Below are positions 38,025 to 50,296 of a stretch of DNA of 64,000 nucleotides, one piece after another. The stretch spans positions 124,001 through 188,000 of the forward strand of contig JAPETS010000014.1 of NCBI GenBank assembly GCA_026023565.1, read 5' to 3'. The notes beneath the pieces are model-generated. The model did no database searches. It saw nothing but the letters and a program-made list of their open reading frames with translations, and was not told the DNA's origin. The number at the start of each line of letters is the position of its first letter. Positions within the stretch are counted from its first letter, which is position 1. A program made the position numbers and the translations under genes. The stretch is from Cirrosporium novae-zelandiae (Eukaryota).

Positions 38025-39209
38025 ATGCCTTCCTACGAAATCCCCAAGATGCAGTGGGCTCAGATCCTCGAGAAGGAGGGAGGTAGCCTTGTCTACAAGC
38101 AGATTCCGGTTCCTCAAATAAAACCTAATGAGGTTCTTGTCAAGATCCTTTACTCTGGTGTCTGCCACACTGTATGTCTTCCCCCCAACCCACTCTAATA
38201 TCAACAACATTTCAATCTAACTGAATCATATAGGACCTCCACGCCTTGAACGGTGATTGGCCATTGGACCGAAAGATCCCCTTGGTCGGTGGTCACGAAG
38301 GTGCTGGCATTGTCGTCGCCAAAGGTGCCCTTGCTGAAGAAATTGAGATCGGTGACTATGCTGGTGTCAAAGTACGTTCTGTTCCTTCTCCATCTTTCCA
38401 CATCTCGAGCTTTGCTCTAACCTCATCCCTAGTGGCTCAATGGCTCTTGCCTCGCCTGCCAATTCTGCATGACTGGTGATGAGCCTCTCTGCCCCCATGC
38501 CACCCTCTCTGGGTACACCGTTGACGGATCATTCCAACAATACTGTGCTGCCAACGCTGCCCATGTTGCCCGCATCCCCAAGGATGTTCCTCTTGACGCA
38601 ATTGCCCCAGTTCTCTGCGCTGGTATCACCGTCTACAAGGCCCTGAAGGAATCTGGTATCCGACCTGGCGAGACTGTCGCCATTGTCGGTGCTGGTGGTG
38701 GTCTCGGCTCCCTTGCCTGCCAATACGCCAAGGCCATGGGCGTCCGCATCATCGGTATTGATGGAGGAGATGAGAAGGCTGCACTCGCCAAGTCCCTAGG
38801 TGCCGAGTCCTTCGTTGACTTCACCAAATCCTCCAACATTGTCAAGGACATCCAAGCTTGCACCGAGGACGGTCTCGGCCCTCACGCCGTCGTCCTCGTC
38901 GCTGTTGGTGAGAAGCCCTTCCAACAAGCCGCCGAGTATGTCCGTCCTCGCGGTACTGTTGTTGCTGTCGGTCTCCCAGCCGGCGCTCAGCTCAAGGCAC
39001 CAGTCTTCGAGACCGTTGTCCGCATGATCAGCATCAAGGGCTCCTACGTCGGTGGCCGCAAGGACACTGCGGAAGCCCTCGACTTCTTCCGCCGTGGCCT
39101 CATCAAGGCCCCCTTCAAGATCGCTCCTCTTGAAGACCTCCCCAAGATCTTCGAGATGATGGCTCAAGGCAAGATTGCCGGCCGTTACGTCCTCAAGATG
39201 CCCGAGTAA
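38025..39209 (+). CDS. ADH1: Zinc-dependent alcohol dehydrogenase (ADH1/AlcC type); 3 exons
   Basis: [30 protein letters not shown]...C, GAGGGLG and GRYVL. Strong C-ending codon bias. Introns near 38172-38233 and 38372-38432. Confidence 0.95.
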
Positions 39210-39899
39210 AGGGATAACCCTCCCCCCCCCCCCCCCCAACTAGAGATTACAAAAAAGTCCTTTATAGACTAAGGGAAAAATAGTCGGGGGGATTTGTTTC
39301 TTTCTTACGCCTTGGAACCAAATGGATGGCGGTGTTTTTTTAAAGTATCTTACGAGAACAGGATGAACTGGAAACTATGGAACATGAACAATGACAATTA
39401 CAATAACCAGCGGACTAACGGAAATCAATATGGTGTTTTTAGTGTGGTGTGTGATCACGGGAGGGGGTTGGTTGGCTGGTTGGCTGGATGGATGGTGATG
39501 GATGAATCAAGGCTTCGCTACCTTGGGGAACCCACATTGTAAATAAACACAAACTATCTGGAATGAAGATGAATATCTTTTGAAAACCCAAGACCTATTC
39601 TTATTGCTTATTTTTTTTTTTCTTTTGCATGTCATATTGTGAGGGGCACGCCAAGCCTCGGCAAAGTGCTAATTCTAGACGCGCGGCATTTATCCTAGTC
39701 CGTCCTCGCCGCCCTGAGCACATGGTAGGGACGGTTTGAAGGGCTTGTTTGAGCAGGGTGGCTGGAGTGATATTAGAAAATAAGGGACGAATGTGGGTTT
39801 TAAATAGTATATCTCATTATTTCATGTTGCTGCTTTTTGTTTCTTTATGCCGAATCTTGATTTGAAAAAAAACGGGATAACACAATATGGCTCCTTTCT

Positions 39900-41731
39900 T
39901 TAGCCCCGACCTCTCCCTCCTCCTCCGCCCCTACCGCCTCTACCGCCCCTACCTCTACGACCTCCGCGAAAGTTACCGCGACCTCTCCATCCACCTCTTC
40001 CGTGTCCCCTAAACCCAGAATCCTGACCCTGACCCTGACCCTCCGCCGCCTTCTCCCGCTCATACCTCTCCACCCTAGCCGCCCTCTCCTCCTCAGAAAT
40101 ACAGAATTTATTCTCGATGCCCACCAAGCCGCAAAACTGCTCCGTCTGCGGATTCGAGTACTCGGGGGGCTGCTCCATTCCGCGGATCCCCTGCTGTGGA
40201 TCGTATGGTGGTGCCGTCCTGGTGAAATTTTGCGGAATGCTCATTTTGCCCGCCTTGATGATGTTTTCTTCGACCCATTCTTCTTCTTTCTCGATGCGTT
40301 CGCGGTAGAAAGCTTCGCCCTTTTTAGGGGGGACGGGTTGGGAGAAATCGCCGAGGGTGAGGTCGGATGCGAAGACTCGAGTTATGGCGAGCCATTCTTT
40401 ATCGTATTGGAGGGTGGGGGGGTCGGTGAAGGGTGCGTTTGGGGAGGTGGTGTGAGGCTCGAGTTCGAGGATTTGGAGGAATTTACGTTTCGGGAGGCAT
40501 TTGTCTAGGGCGAGGAAGCGGGTTTTTTTGTTGGTGATTGCCGAGGGGAAGGCGAGGTTTATCAGGGGTTCGTCCTGGGAGGGTTGAGGGGGAGCGTGGC
40601 GGGAAAATGAAGCGGGGAGTTGAGCGCGGAGAGAGTCGGGGACTTCGGTTGAAGGCTCGGCTTGTTTTGGCGGGGGTTGGTCTTGGTTGGGTGGAGCATC
40701 GTTTATATCGTCGTCATCCATATCTAAATCAATCTTATCATCATTAAAAACCTGGGTTTTTTGTTGTTCGTCTTCAACGGGGACTTCAATGATATCAATA
40801 TTTGGAGTCTCGCTAATCTGCCTTTGGTTATTTGCAGAAGCTGTGGCGGAACCGCTGGAGACCTCGTTTCTCTCACCGTGCTCCACCACCGCGGAGTATT
40901 TAATATGCAAATGTGCTGAGAACCAGTATGGCGGGCGAAGACGCTCCATGACACTCTTGGCTGCTTCGCTACCCAGTTCCCCATTATTTGCATCGGCTTT
41001 AAGCCAAGGTTTTTCTTTGAACAACCCTTTCCAGTCTCCTTTCCACTCAATACCCATTGGCCAATCATGACTAATACCTACATCGACCTGGGTACGGATT
41101 TGGAGTAGTTTTCGCACATCCAGCTCTCGAACATGGTAGACACTTTTCAAGTCGCGGTTGCCGTAGGGTAATCGTTCGTGGTGGGGTTTATTATAATTAT
41201 TGCCTTTGCAGATTCCAGAGAGACCAGCTATCCGAAGTGGACCAAGCCGGACAACATTTGCAGCGCCCATATAATAGATGTTTGGGGCAACCCAACCACC
41301 ATAGTATAGCTCGAATAGATGATTACTTGCTTCATGATTACCACCCACGAAGATGGTGAGATAAGGTGCAATCCGCTTGCCGCTATAATATTCATGAAAG
41401 TCTCCTATTTGTCGGTACTTTATTGGTACTGACATGCAGTTCAAATCGTGGGCATTCCTCACTGCCTACCAGAATCAGAAATGAATAATTTGAAGCAAAT
41501 CTTGATGAAATGGGAAGGATTACCTGGAAGTCACCGCCAATAACCAACAGATCCACACCATCCCAACCGTTAGTTTTGCATGCTTGTCCAATGGAGGCAT
41601 AGATGGCATTTAACGTGCCATGACCCTAGAAGAAGATTAAAAATAGGTTCAATAGATATAAATATCATTATAGCACGTACACATCCTTCCACGGCAATTC
41701 GCAAACTCTTTCGAGGAGTCGCAATATCCAT
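39900..41731 (-). CDS. DBR1: RNA lariat debranching enzyme; 3 exons
   Basis: RIAVEGC|GHG, GGDFQ|AVRN, GGNHEASN, SHDWP, YWFSAHLH, FLALDKCLP, YDKEWLAI and NPQT..FC, with an RGG-rich tail. Confidence 0.96.
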
Positions 41732-42260
41732 CGACGGATATTTAGGCCACGGGTTTTCAAGAACTTCAGTAACAAGCAGGGCTTTTCTTGGGCTGCGCCG
41801 AGAACCTTTGCAGATGGAAGAAGAAGACGAGAAGGGATGATTGAAGATAGTAGGGATTGAAGGGAACTTGAAATCAGCTATGATGGTGGAAGAAGAAGAA
41901 AACAACGAGCTTTTCAATTGTTGTGGAAGCTGAACTGAAGGACGAGAGATGGCAACATGGAAAGGCGAATTGTGCAATCTTCTCGCATATTTTATCTGCA
42001 AATTTCTTACCATGTGCACCGATTTTACTGTATGCTATATCACTTATTAGAAAAATGGGTTACCTATAGCTACAGTAGCTACTCAGCTTCTTGTGGAAAA
42101 GTTCATACAACAAATTAACATTCAAGGGGCCTATGCATCCAAGAGCAGTTTTACACGAGCCTTGGCAACTATAGGCGATAAATTCCAACATCAAACCCCA
42201 GTCTCGCGCCACCAACAACTATACAAAAGCTATCAATCCTATATCCATGCTCAAATTCGA

Positions 42261-42917
42261 ATGGCTTCTCAGCAACTCCAAGCTCGACTGCGGTTTCTCG
42301 ACGAAGCCGCACGTTTACTTGCGCCTTCATTACCCTCAACGTCTGCTCATTTGTCTTATGAATGCAACAATCTTCTCCTTGAAAATGATCAAACTTTACC
42401 TGAGTCGCGAACAATGCAAGTTTGCAGTGCTTGCGGGACAATAATGATACCCGGAAAGACCATGAAAATGTCCATGGAAGGGAAGTCTTCTCCAAAAAGA
42501 AGGTCTAGCGCAAAGCCTTCAATAGCGAAGAAAACTCGGGGCAGCACTAAACAAACTGTTGAGGAGAAAGAGCCTACCCCACGCTTCATGGTACATGAAT
42601 GCTTCGAGTGCAATCGGGTAACTCGTCAGCCCCTCTTAAAGGCATCTAGACCCACTCGGCTTGCTCGGCCAACAAGGCCCAAGACTTCGGCCATTCCCAA
42701 TATTGCTGTTACTTTGCCTTCTGACTCTTCTGGTTCATCACCTGTGGTACAAACTCCAGGTTCTTCTCATTCCGTCAACCCCAACAGCAATAAGAGGGCC
42801 AAGGCAAGAAGGAAAAAAGGACTCCAGGCTATGCTGGCGAGCTCAAAATCGAAAGCATCCGATGAAGCCACCTCTGGCCTTAACCATGGTTTAATGGACT
42901 TTTTAAAGGGTATATAA
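42261..42917 (+). CDS. RNase P/MRP subunit of the Rpr2/Rpp21/Snm1 family
   Basis: ARLRFL..AA.LL helix, zinc ligands CSACG..MIPG and CFECNR, and a basic tail KRAKARRKKGLQAML. Confidence 0.8.
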   Translation: MASQQLQARLRFLDEAARLLAPSLPSTSAHLSYECNNLLLENDQTLPESRTMQVCSACGTIMIPGKTMKMSMEGKSSPKRRSSAKPSIAKKTRGSTKQTVEEKEPTPRFMVHECFECNRVTRQPLLKASRPTRLARPTRPKTSAIPNIAVTLPSDSSGSSPVVQTPGSSHSVNPNSNKRAKARRKKGLQAMLASSKSKASDEATSGLNHGLMDFLKGI

Positions 42918-43088
42918 AGGCTACTGGATGACATAACTGGGTAATATGCTTCTTTTCAAAGCATATTATAAACTAAGCGATGATATAAACTAGCGGAGAC
43001 TCTAGACATACGGCATTGCTTATTTATCTGTATAAAATCTTCCCATCTTCAATCCGATAGCCCATTAGCTTAGACGTTATAACACAGC

Positions 43089-46000
43089 CTAATGAAGTCG
43101 TCGCAAGCCCTCAACCATTGCTCTGATCTCCTCAATGTCCGCACCTAAGCCTTCTATAGCTTTCTCTTGTGTTTCCTCTGAACAATCCAAGAATTTCTCG
43201 ACCAACTCTCCATCAACAAAGCGAAACGGCTCCTCTGCTGTTCGGACGGTATTCTTAAACGCTCTAAACTTATTGAATGACGTGCCGCCTGGGGATTTGA
43301 CAAAATTTGCTAGATTTGATTGTAGTTGCATGAGTAGATTTTGTTTGGCTGGGGCAATAAGAGCGAAGAGGTAAATGGACCCTTCGACCTGGGAATAGAG
43401 TGTCAGCTGGCGGTGCGTGAATACTAACGAAGAAACCTACCGTTGCAAGAAAAGCACGTGGAATAACCGCTGCTCCTGGAATGACTGGAATGTGGAAAGG
43501 CCGGATTCGATTTACCATTTCACCCAGCAGCATATCACTAGTGACGTCCAATCTTCGCCTATCAGCTTCAGTTAAGCCATTGATGTTTCGATGAAGCACT
43601 ATGAGGTTGCCCTCAGCATCTCCCTCTAACCACGTATCGTCTGCGACACATGCGATAGCAGTTCCCCAAAGAGTAGAGTAATGGCGCGCAACTTCAACCA
43701 AGCTTTCTGGCTCGGCAGCATTCTCCTCATTACGCTTATATTCTACTACCGAGACACTCTTCATTAGGTCGCTTATAGCAATGAGATTTCCTGTCACCGT
43801 TATGTCAATAGGAGCAGTCGATGTTCTGTAAGAAGCCACTTTTTCAAGAGAAGGTTGAGTAGAGCCATCATTCTTGAATGCATAGATTAGGACCTGTATG
43901 TTATTAGAATCCATCCTTCCAGCTATGACAAAAGGACTTACCGTCTTCACTAGAGCTGCCACTATTCTATCATCTATTATCGCCAAGGCTCTGCAGGCAC
44001 CTCTAACAGCATTCTCCGTTATTATCTCAAGTGTTCTTTCAGGCGTAACGTCAAAAACAATAATTCGTCCTCGGACCGATTCTTCCCTATTTTCGTCTAG
44101 GTACGCTGTACCAACGACAAACCGCTCTTCGAGTCCACCATTCCCATTAGGTAGCTCAGCCCGAATAACACTTTCCACCAATTCGTCCTTATTTAAGGCA
44201 TAAGTATCAAGCTCCTTGAACAAGACTTCATCTGCTAGCTTGAAGTGGCTTTCAACAAATTCTTCGCCATCTTTGACACCCCTTTTAATGGTCCCCATTC
44301 CAAATGATTTGAGTTTTGTGGAGTAAGCTATTCTCCTTACGGTTTCATGGACCGAAAGCGTTTGAACGTGGGTAGTCCTTTCGTCGTCAACGACGGCGAT
44401 TCTTAGGTCACAGGGCGTTGCAATGGCGATCGAGCCAGGAAAGGCTTCAGTATTCAGATGACAGACGCAGGACGCTTTGTCAGCGGTCACGGCCGAAAAA
44501 ACCAGCCTGCCTTCCGAACCATAGATCAGACTAGGATGCTCACACATCGCAAACACATTGAAGAGGCCATCCCCTCGAGGGAGAACTTTGAAATTTGCTT
44601 GCTGAGTCCCAATGATAACACTTTTCTTCGCAGATAAGGACAGGCTTTCTACGTTCAAGGAGAATGTGATGACATTGCCATCCGCCATTGCAATGAAAAT
44701 CGTCGGTGACTGACCAGAAAGTACTTGAGTTAAGAGGATCGATCGAGGAACCGATTGACCAGGCTCACCAAGACTCTCGTTCTTCAGAATCTCGAATCTT
44801 TCCAGGTTTAATATTGCGAACGCTCCGCTCTGCCAGAAACCAACCAAGCAAAAATTGGATGTTGATATAGGTGGAAGAGCAATGCAAGCAATTTGACTCT
44901 CCACTGGAAATGTCTTTTGCGTCACGGACTGCAGATCATTAGACAAATCTAGAAGAGTTAATGTCAGGCCACCAATAGATAATAAGACGAATCTGTCGTT
45001 TGTAGATACGGCCGTTATAGATTTATTTCCTTCTTTAAATGTCGAGGTTACCATACCACTTTCCAAATCTATTAGTCTGACTTCAGAGGCAGTAACCTGT
45101 AGTGCTCGGTTATCAGAAAGGTTGGAGGCAAATAACGTGCCAGATGATAGATCCAGCCCCTTAAACTCGGAAAGCTCTTCCACGTCACCATCAGGTGTAA
45201 AGGCAAAGATTCGCGTCTCATCCATAAAAGATACCAATAAGGTATCATTGTACAGTCTCTCTGGATTTGAGCGTAGTGCAAATAGGTCGGTGATATGTTC
45301 TAGATCACCCAAGATGCCTAGGTCTGCAAGTCCAACGCCGCTTCTTATGCTCCGTAAACTGCCATCTTTGAAAGCACCGGACCCAGTGACTATACGTGCT
45401 TGACCGGAAGAGAACTCATTTATCTGTCCTTCTCCACCCCGACTGCCCATGTCCATGATCGTGAAATCAAGGATGGGTGCTATGTTTGGAAGTGACTGAA
45501 TAACCTCAATCGAACCTTCATTAATCTTAATTAGTTGAGAATCACCTTGATGTGAGCCAACAAAAACATATCCACCATCAAGGTAGACAAGAACCGTCGG
45601 GCACGGAATCTCGCCGATAGTATCAAACCTGAACCCTTGAACCTCTCCGTTCAATTCCACAAGCATTAGCATATGTAAATAACCATATTCATCACCTAAT
45701 AGCCATCTTTTGTCATCGATTGCCTCCCACGTCGCGAAAACAGTAGCATCTTTTAACGGCTGCTCGATCATTTCGTTTGAGCGCTCATCAAGGTATTTCA
45801 CTTGGGTCTCTCCAAGTATTATAACACCGCCTACTTTGGTCAGCAGCGACTCGCATTGTCAACTATAGACCATACCAATTGGTGAAGGAACAGGAATAAG
45901 ATGGCTTGCACCTGACTCCTGCTCTTTTGTTGGGCTATCTATATCGCTATCATCAAGTTCCGCGCTAGCATTATCGCCAGATCCGGCAGAGTATTCCAGT

Positions 46001-46673
46001 TGCCTAAGCTTAATATAGACTTGTTGGTGATTATCCTCGTATAAAAAAGCCATTTTCAGTTTCTCTTTCCCATCATGCCTTCGTGGATGTAAGAAAGTTG
46101 ATGACCTGATGAATAGCTCTGGTATTCTGACGACAGCACCTTTCCCCAAGCTTCCAATTTCCAAATCTTTTTTCTTGCGATGTTTTTGTACGATTGGAAC
46201 CACCGTTACCGATCCTTCAAATAGTTCGAGTGTCATGAACCGTCCAGTGGGGTCCAACAAACATCTATCACCGTTTTGAGAATCTCGAGCGAATTTCTCA
46301 GCCAAGTCGATAGAGCTCTGCACTGTGCATAGTTTCTTTGCTTGTGGGTCCCAGCATACGCTAAAGTATGTGTATCTGTCCGTTCCTACGAAGAGATGAT
46401 CTGTCGGAGAAGATACAGGGCGATGCTTCGAGAGCATCGTGACCTTGCCATATATAGCCGATGAATGCTGTAAAGCAAGGCCATCGTTTGATATCGAGTA
46501 GATTTCAAGCCGATTTGCTTTCCTATCTTGTTCGTTAGCTTCTTGACACTCTAGTGGTTTTAAGTAATGGGCGCAAACGCGACGATTAACGATTCCTCTT
46601 CTTCGGAAAGAAAATTGAGCTTCAGAGCATGCCGAACGCTACTAGGTCGGTGTATAGGAGCAATATAAGCCAT
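43089..46673 (-). CDS. DDB1: DNA damage-binding protein 1 (CUL4 adaptor); 5 exons
   Basis: Start MAYIAPIHRPSSVRHA, then FVGSHQGDSQL, NIAPILDF, GSGAFKDGSLRSIRSGVG, SDLMKSVS, LGEMVNRI and C-terminal FVDGELVEKFLD...LRRLH. Confidence 0.96.
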
Positions 46674-46915
46674 GGTAAATTGCTAGGCTTCGAAGGGAAA
46701 TGAAGCTCGAAGAGCTATATTTCTTGGACGTTGAACTAATCTTATCCTTTAATCGGACTTATCGATACGAAATGTCCGATAAGGCTGATGAGTGGGATTA
46801 TGGAATTTTGCGACCCGCCAAAAAAATATTCAAGTATTACCTACTTATTTACATAACCAATAAGTTCAATCACTGCCCGAATATATAACTATGCTCTATT
46901 CAATGCCCAAATCAA

Positions 46916-48238
46916 TTACTCATGTCTACCCAAATACTGATAAACAACCGAGAAATCCTTCCCCTTGTATTCCTGCTCCACCATTTCATAGACCCTCCGA
47001 GCTGTTTCAGCAAGCTCTAGTTTTGCTCCGGCCTTTTCAGCAGCCGCCATTGCTAGTATAAGATCCTTTTTCATTAAACTAACTCCGAACCCGCCATTAT
47101 AATCATCAGATGCCGGGGCATTATCGAGAATTCCTGGTACTGGATTATTTACTTCACTCGACCAACATTTCCCGGAGCTTGAATTGATCAGATCTGCTAG
47201 AGCTTTGGGCTCTAGACCCCACCTGACTCCTAGATTCATAGCTTCCGCAGTAGCTATATTGCTGATTGCAAGAAGGTAGTTGTTTGCCAATTTTGCGGAG
47301 AGCCCAGAACTCTGTTCGCCCATGTGAATAACCCGTTTCCCCATCAAGGATAGAGCCTCCTTAGCTCTCTCAATAAGGCTTCCGGTTTTCGATGATGCGC
47401 CCAGCATAAAAGTGAGGGTTCCTGCTTGAGCACCAACAACCCCACCAGACATTGGGGCATCGACAAATCTGCCAGAATGATGGGTATGTACAGCATTCGC
47501 CACTTCTTTGGATGAGAGAGGGTCAATTGTGGAGCAATCAATGAATAGACGCTCTGTCGTTGTTGAAGACTTTTCGGGCAGCTCTCCAGAAAGAATATTG
47601 TGGAAAACGGATTTGACATGACTTGGTTCAGGTAAGACGGTGATTATGGTATCCTCTCTCAAGTCAGTTCATGGCACTCGGTAATGAGAAATTAACACAG
47701 GGCAATGAATGAAGTACAAAATCAGAGGATTGGCTGTCGATTTGAATGTAATCAGGAAAAGACCACCTGAAGGCAGCCCCAACTTAGATCATCAAAATAG
47801 ATCAACTCATCATGTCAGATGCTCGGAAAATCAATAGCAGGAGTACTCACTGATCGTTCTGCGACTTCTCTACAGCCACTAGCAATCTCTATTCTGGTTC
47901 CTTTAAATGAGACCCCATGATTTGATGTTGTTACCCCAGCCTCCTTGACAAATTTATCTGTGGTATTCACATTCGTATCATAGATGATCAATGAATCTGA
48001 TTCGGGTATCTTCGCTCGAAGGTTTTTGGCCATGGGGTACCCTAAGGGAAGAATCAATGCAAGGTCTTAGCATATGAATGATTATGTTTAGAGCTGTACC
48101 CATTCGGCCCAATCCGATGAAACCCCATGTTGCTTGCTGTTGAGTAGTGGTTGCAAAGCTTCTTCTCAGAGAAGAAGGGCTGGTTCTGGCCCGTGTCGAT
48201 CTTAGGACCGTTGCAGGAAAGGTAGCTAAAACACTCAT
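46916..48238 (-). CDS. Mitochondrial 3-hydroxyisobutyrate dehydrogenase (HIBADH/MmsB); 3 exons
   Basis: Arg/Ser-rich presequence, WGFIGLGRMG|YPMAKNL, DCSTID, FVDAPMSGG, AKLANNYLLAI, NNPVPG, GGFGVSLMKKDL and KDFSVVY. Confidence 0.95.
47718..47818 (-). ncRNA. Candidate intronic box C/D snoRNA in HIBADH intron 2
   Basis: C box ATGATGA (47813-47807), internal CTGA (47755-47752) and terminal D box CTGA (47725-47722), spanning 92 nt inside an unusually long intron of about 197 nt. Confidence 0.6.
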
Positions 48239-49049
48239 CTTGGTTTTCTGTGCATTGATGAAGAAATAAAGAGTTGAGGTCAATCAATTCATTCAGCGAA
48301 GTGGCACGTACAATACCCCCCTGTGTCATTCCTCCCAAAGGCTCGGTCTATACAAGGACATTAGCCGAAACTTGCTGCATGTTGTCAGCAACCTCCTGAT
48401 ATTGATGATCATTGCCAATTGGTCGAGTCATCTAGCTATCAGATACAAGGACCCCTCTATATCTAAACACTGTAGCATTGACTTAGTGAACTCAAACTGG
48501 GATATATTTGATATTCTATTGGCGTTAACACGGGCTTATGGAGGAGGAATGTGGGCACGGCGGGGAAATAATGAACGACCGAGGTTGAAAATGAATGCAT
48601 TATTGTGGGCTGCCAAGAAAGCTGTAAGCTTAGCTACATATTACAGATTTAACCTCTCTAAACTTGCTGAATGTGACATGAATCTTAATACTATTTAGCT
48701 GTCGGTTGAACCTCAAATGCCCTTACACAATACATCTCGTGAGCATGATACAAAGTAAGATATTTGATGCGGTCGGAAACCGAAACAATAGTGGGGACAG
48801 AATACATGGATCCAGCACTCTTTTGTAATATGTCTGAGAACGTTTCATAATTTACTTCTATTATTCATACCCTAGATATTCATTCTTATTCAAGGCCGTG
48901 TGGCGTCGGATCCTTTTCGAAAATTTTGCACAGCCTTTTATGCCTAATACCTAGTCGGCAGTCAGTGGTTATAATCGGAGGAAATACTTATTGTCTATCG
49001 GCCTTGATATTTTTGTTGTTCTTAAATCTAACATGTCATGCAATTTCGG

Positions 49050-50296
49050 TCAGTTTCGGTCAAAGGTTGAAATACCAATCCAACGTAAAGGTATATTCCC
49101 CATAGAGGAGGACCTGGAAGATTGTGACACCGATTCTCTCATTTTCCTTCCTGTGTTCACTCTCACAAAAGGTGGAAGCATTATACTCGGCTTAAGGTCC
49201 CCAAATTTCTGCTGTTGAAGGAAGTTAACAACGTCATCCGTCTTCTCTTGAAAGCTGTGGGGCGGGGATCCTCTGGAGAGTATATATCTGATCTCCACGT
49301 GCCCGAGTGATGATAAAGCTTACGGACTTTACCCTTAATCGCATATCCTAATGAGCTACCCCGGAGATGTAATATCTCGGGATCACCTTGAAACCATATA
49401 GGATCTATCAATTCGGTTGCTTCCTTCTCGACTATAATGCGGCATAGATCATACCCCTGCATTTTATAAGCCCCAGATCTCTGTTTCTCTGGCAACTTCG
49501 TCATGAAGTTTGCCTTCCTTTGACCAATAAGCATATACCACAGAGATATATCTGGAGGTGTGCTATTTCTAGTGGGAATCTCATGGCCGTAGAAAGACAA
49601 GTGATGAAAGCCCGTCCTTTTATGATGATCCCTCAAAATCTGTGTATGGTCGCTTGCTGATATTTCAACATTGTCCAGTGCCGCTGATTTTGGTGTTAGG
49701 CAAGACCCATTCGTAATGAGATTATGGGCATTTTCAGTTGCTAGTAATGACACTTGGGGAATAGAATGTGTCCGGTGATGATATTCTAAATAGCCTTTAG
49801 AAGCAAAAGAGCTTTGATTGAACCGTTTGCGCCTCCTCAACCTAGGCTGAAGCAAAAAAGGATATACATGCAGGGCTTCTGCGAACGAAGGTGATATTCT
49901 TTCAAATCCTGCCGAGGACAGTTCATCTTTCGAATTTGGGCAAGTTTTAAGAAGGTGAATAGATGCGTGGTGAGATTTTGCCGCCGCGCCAAATGGAAGG
50001 TCGATGGTCTGCACACTATGAGTTAGGGACAGCAAATTTTCAGATATATCAAGAATTTGCTTACTGTGTCGTAATTCATCTTATTATGAGATATGGAGTT
50101 TTAGGTGACTTAGACTAGACTCTTTGCATAAGATCGGTATCGAGAAAGGTAAAGAACTGAGAAAGTAGGCTGGCTCTGATATCAATGCTGGAGAGACATC
50201 AGGAATTCTTGACCCGTAGCTTATGAAATCCCACATCAAGTAAGAGATCTTTGGTAACTTGATAATAATGATTGAAGTCGAGTATGTTGTGTTCAA
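49050..50296 (-). pseudogene. Probable disrupted hypothetical gene
   Basis: ORFs 50296-50084 and 50035-49181 are in the same frame, separated by tandem TAA TAA at 50086-50081. Coding-like sequence continues in another frame (49298-49050), suggesting a frameshift. No family recognised. Confidence 0.45.

Noticed and set aside
33385..39209. MpaB-like gene plus ADH as a secondary-metabolite cluster
   Set aside because: There is no PKS, NRPS, terpene synthase, prenyltransferase or cluster regulator in the window.
39222..39237. Poly-C run just after the ADH1 stop
   Set aside because: Simple homopolymer. Read-through of the stop gives no PTS1-like ending that I can support.
19698..46673. Three ubiquitin-ligase components (SNF2-RING, F-box/WD40, DDB1) as a functional cluster
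   Set aside because: They belong to different ligase systems and are separated by unrelated genes, so chance is the simpler explanation.
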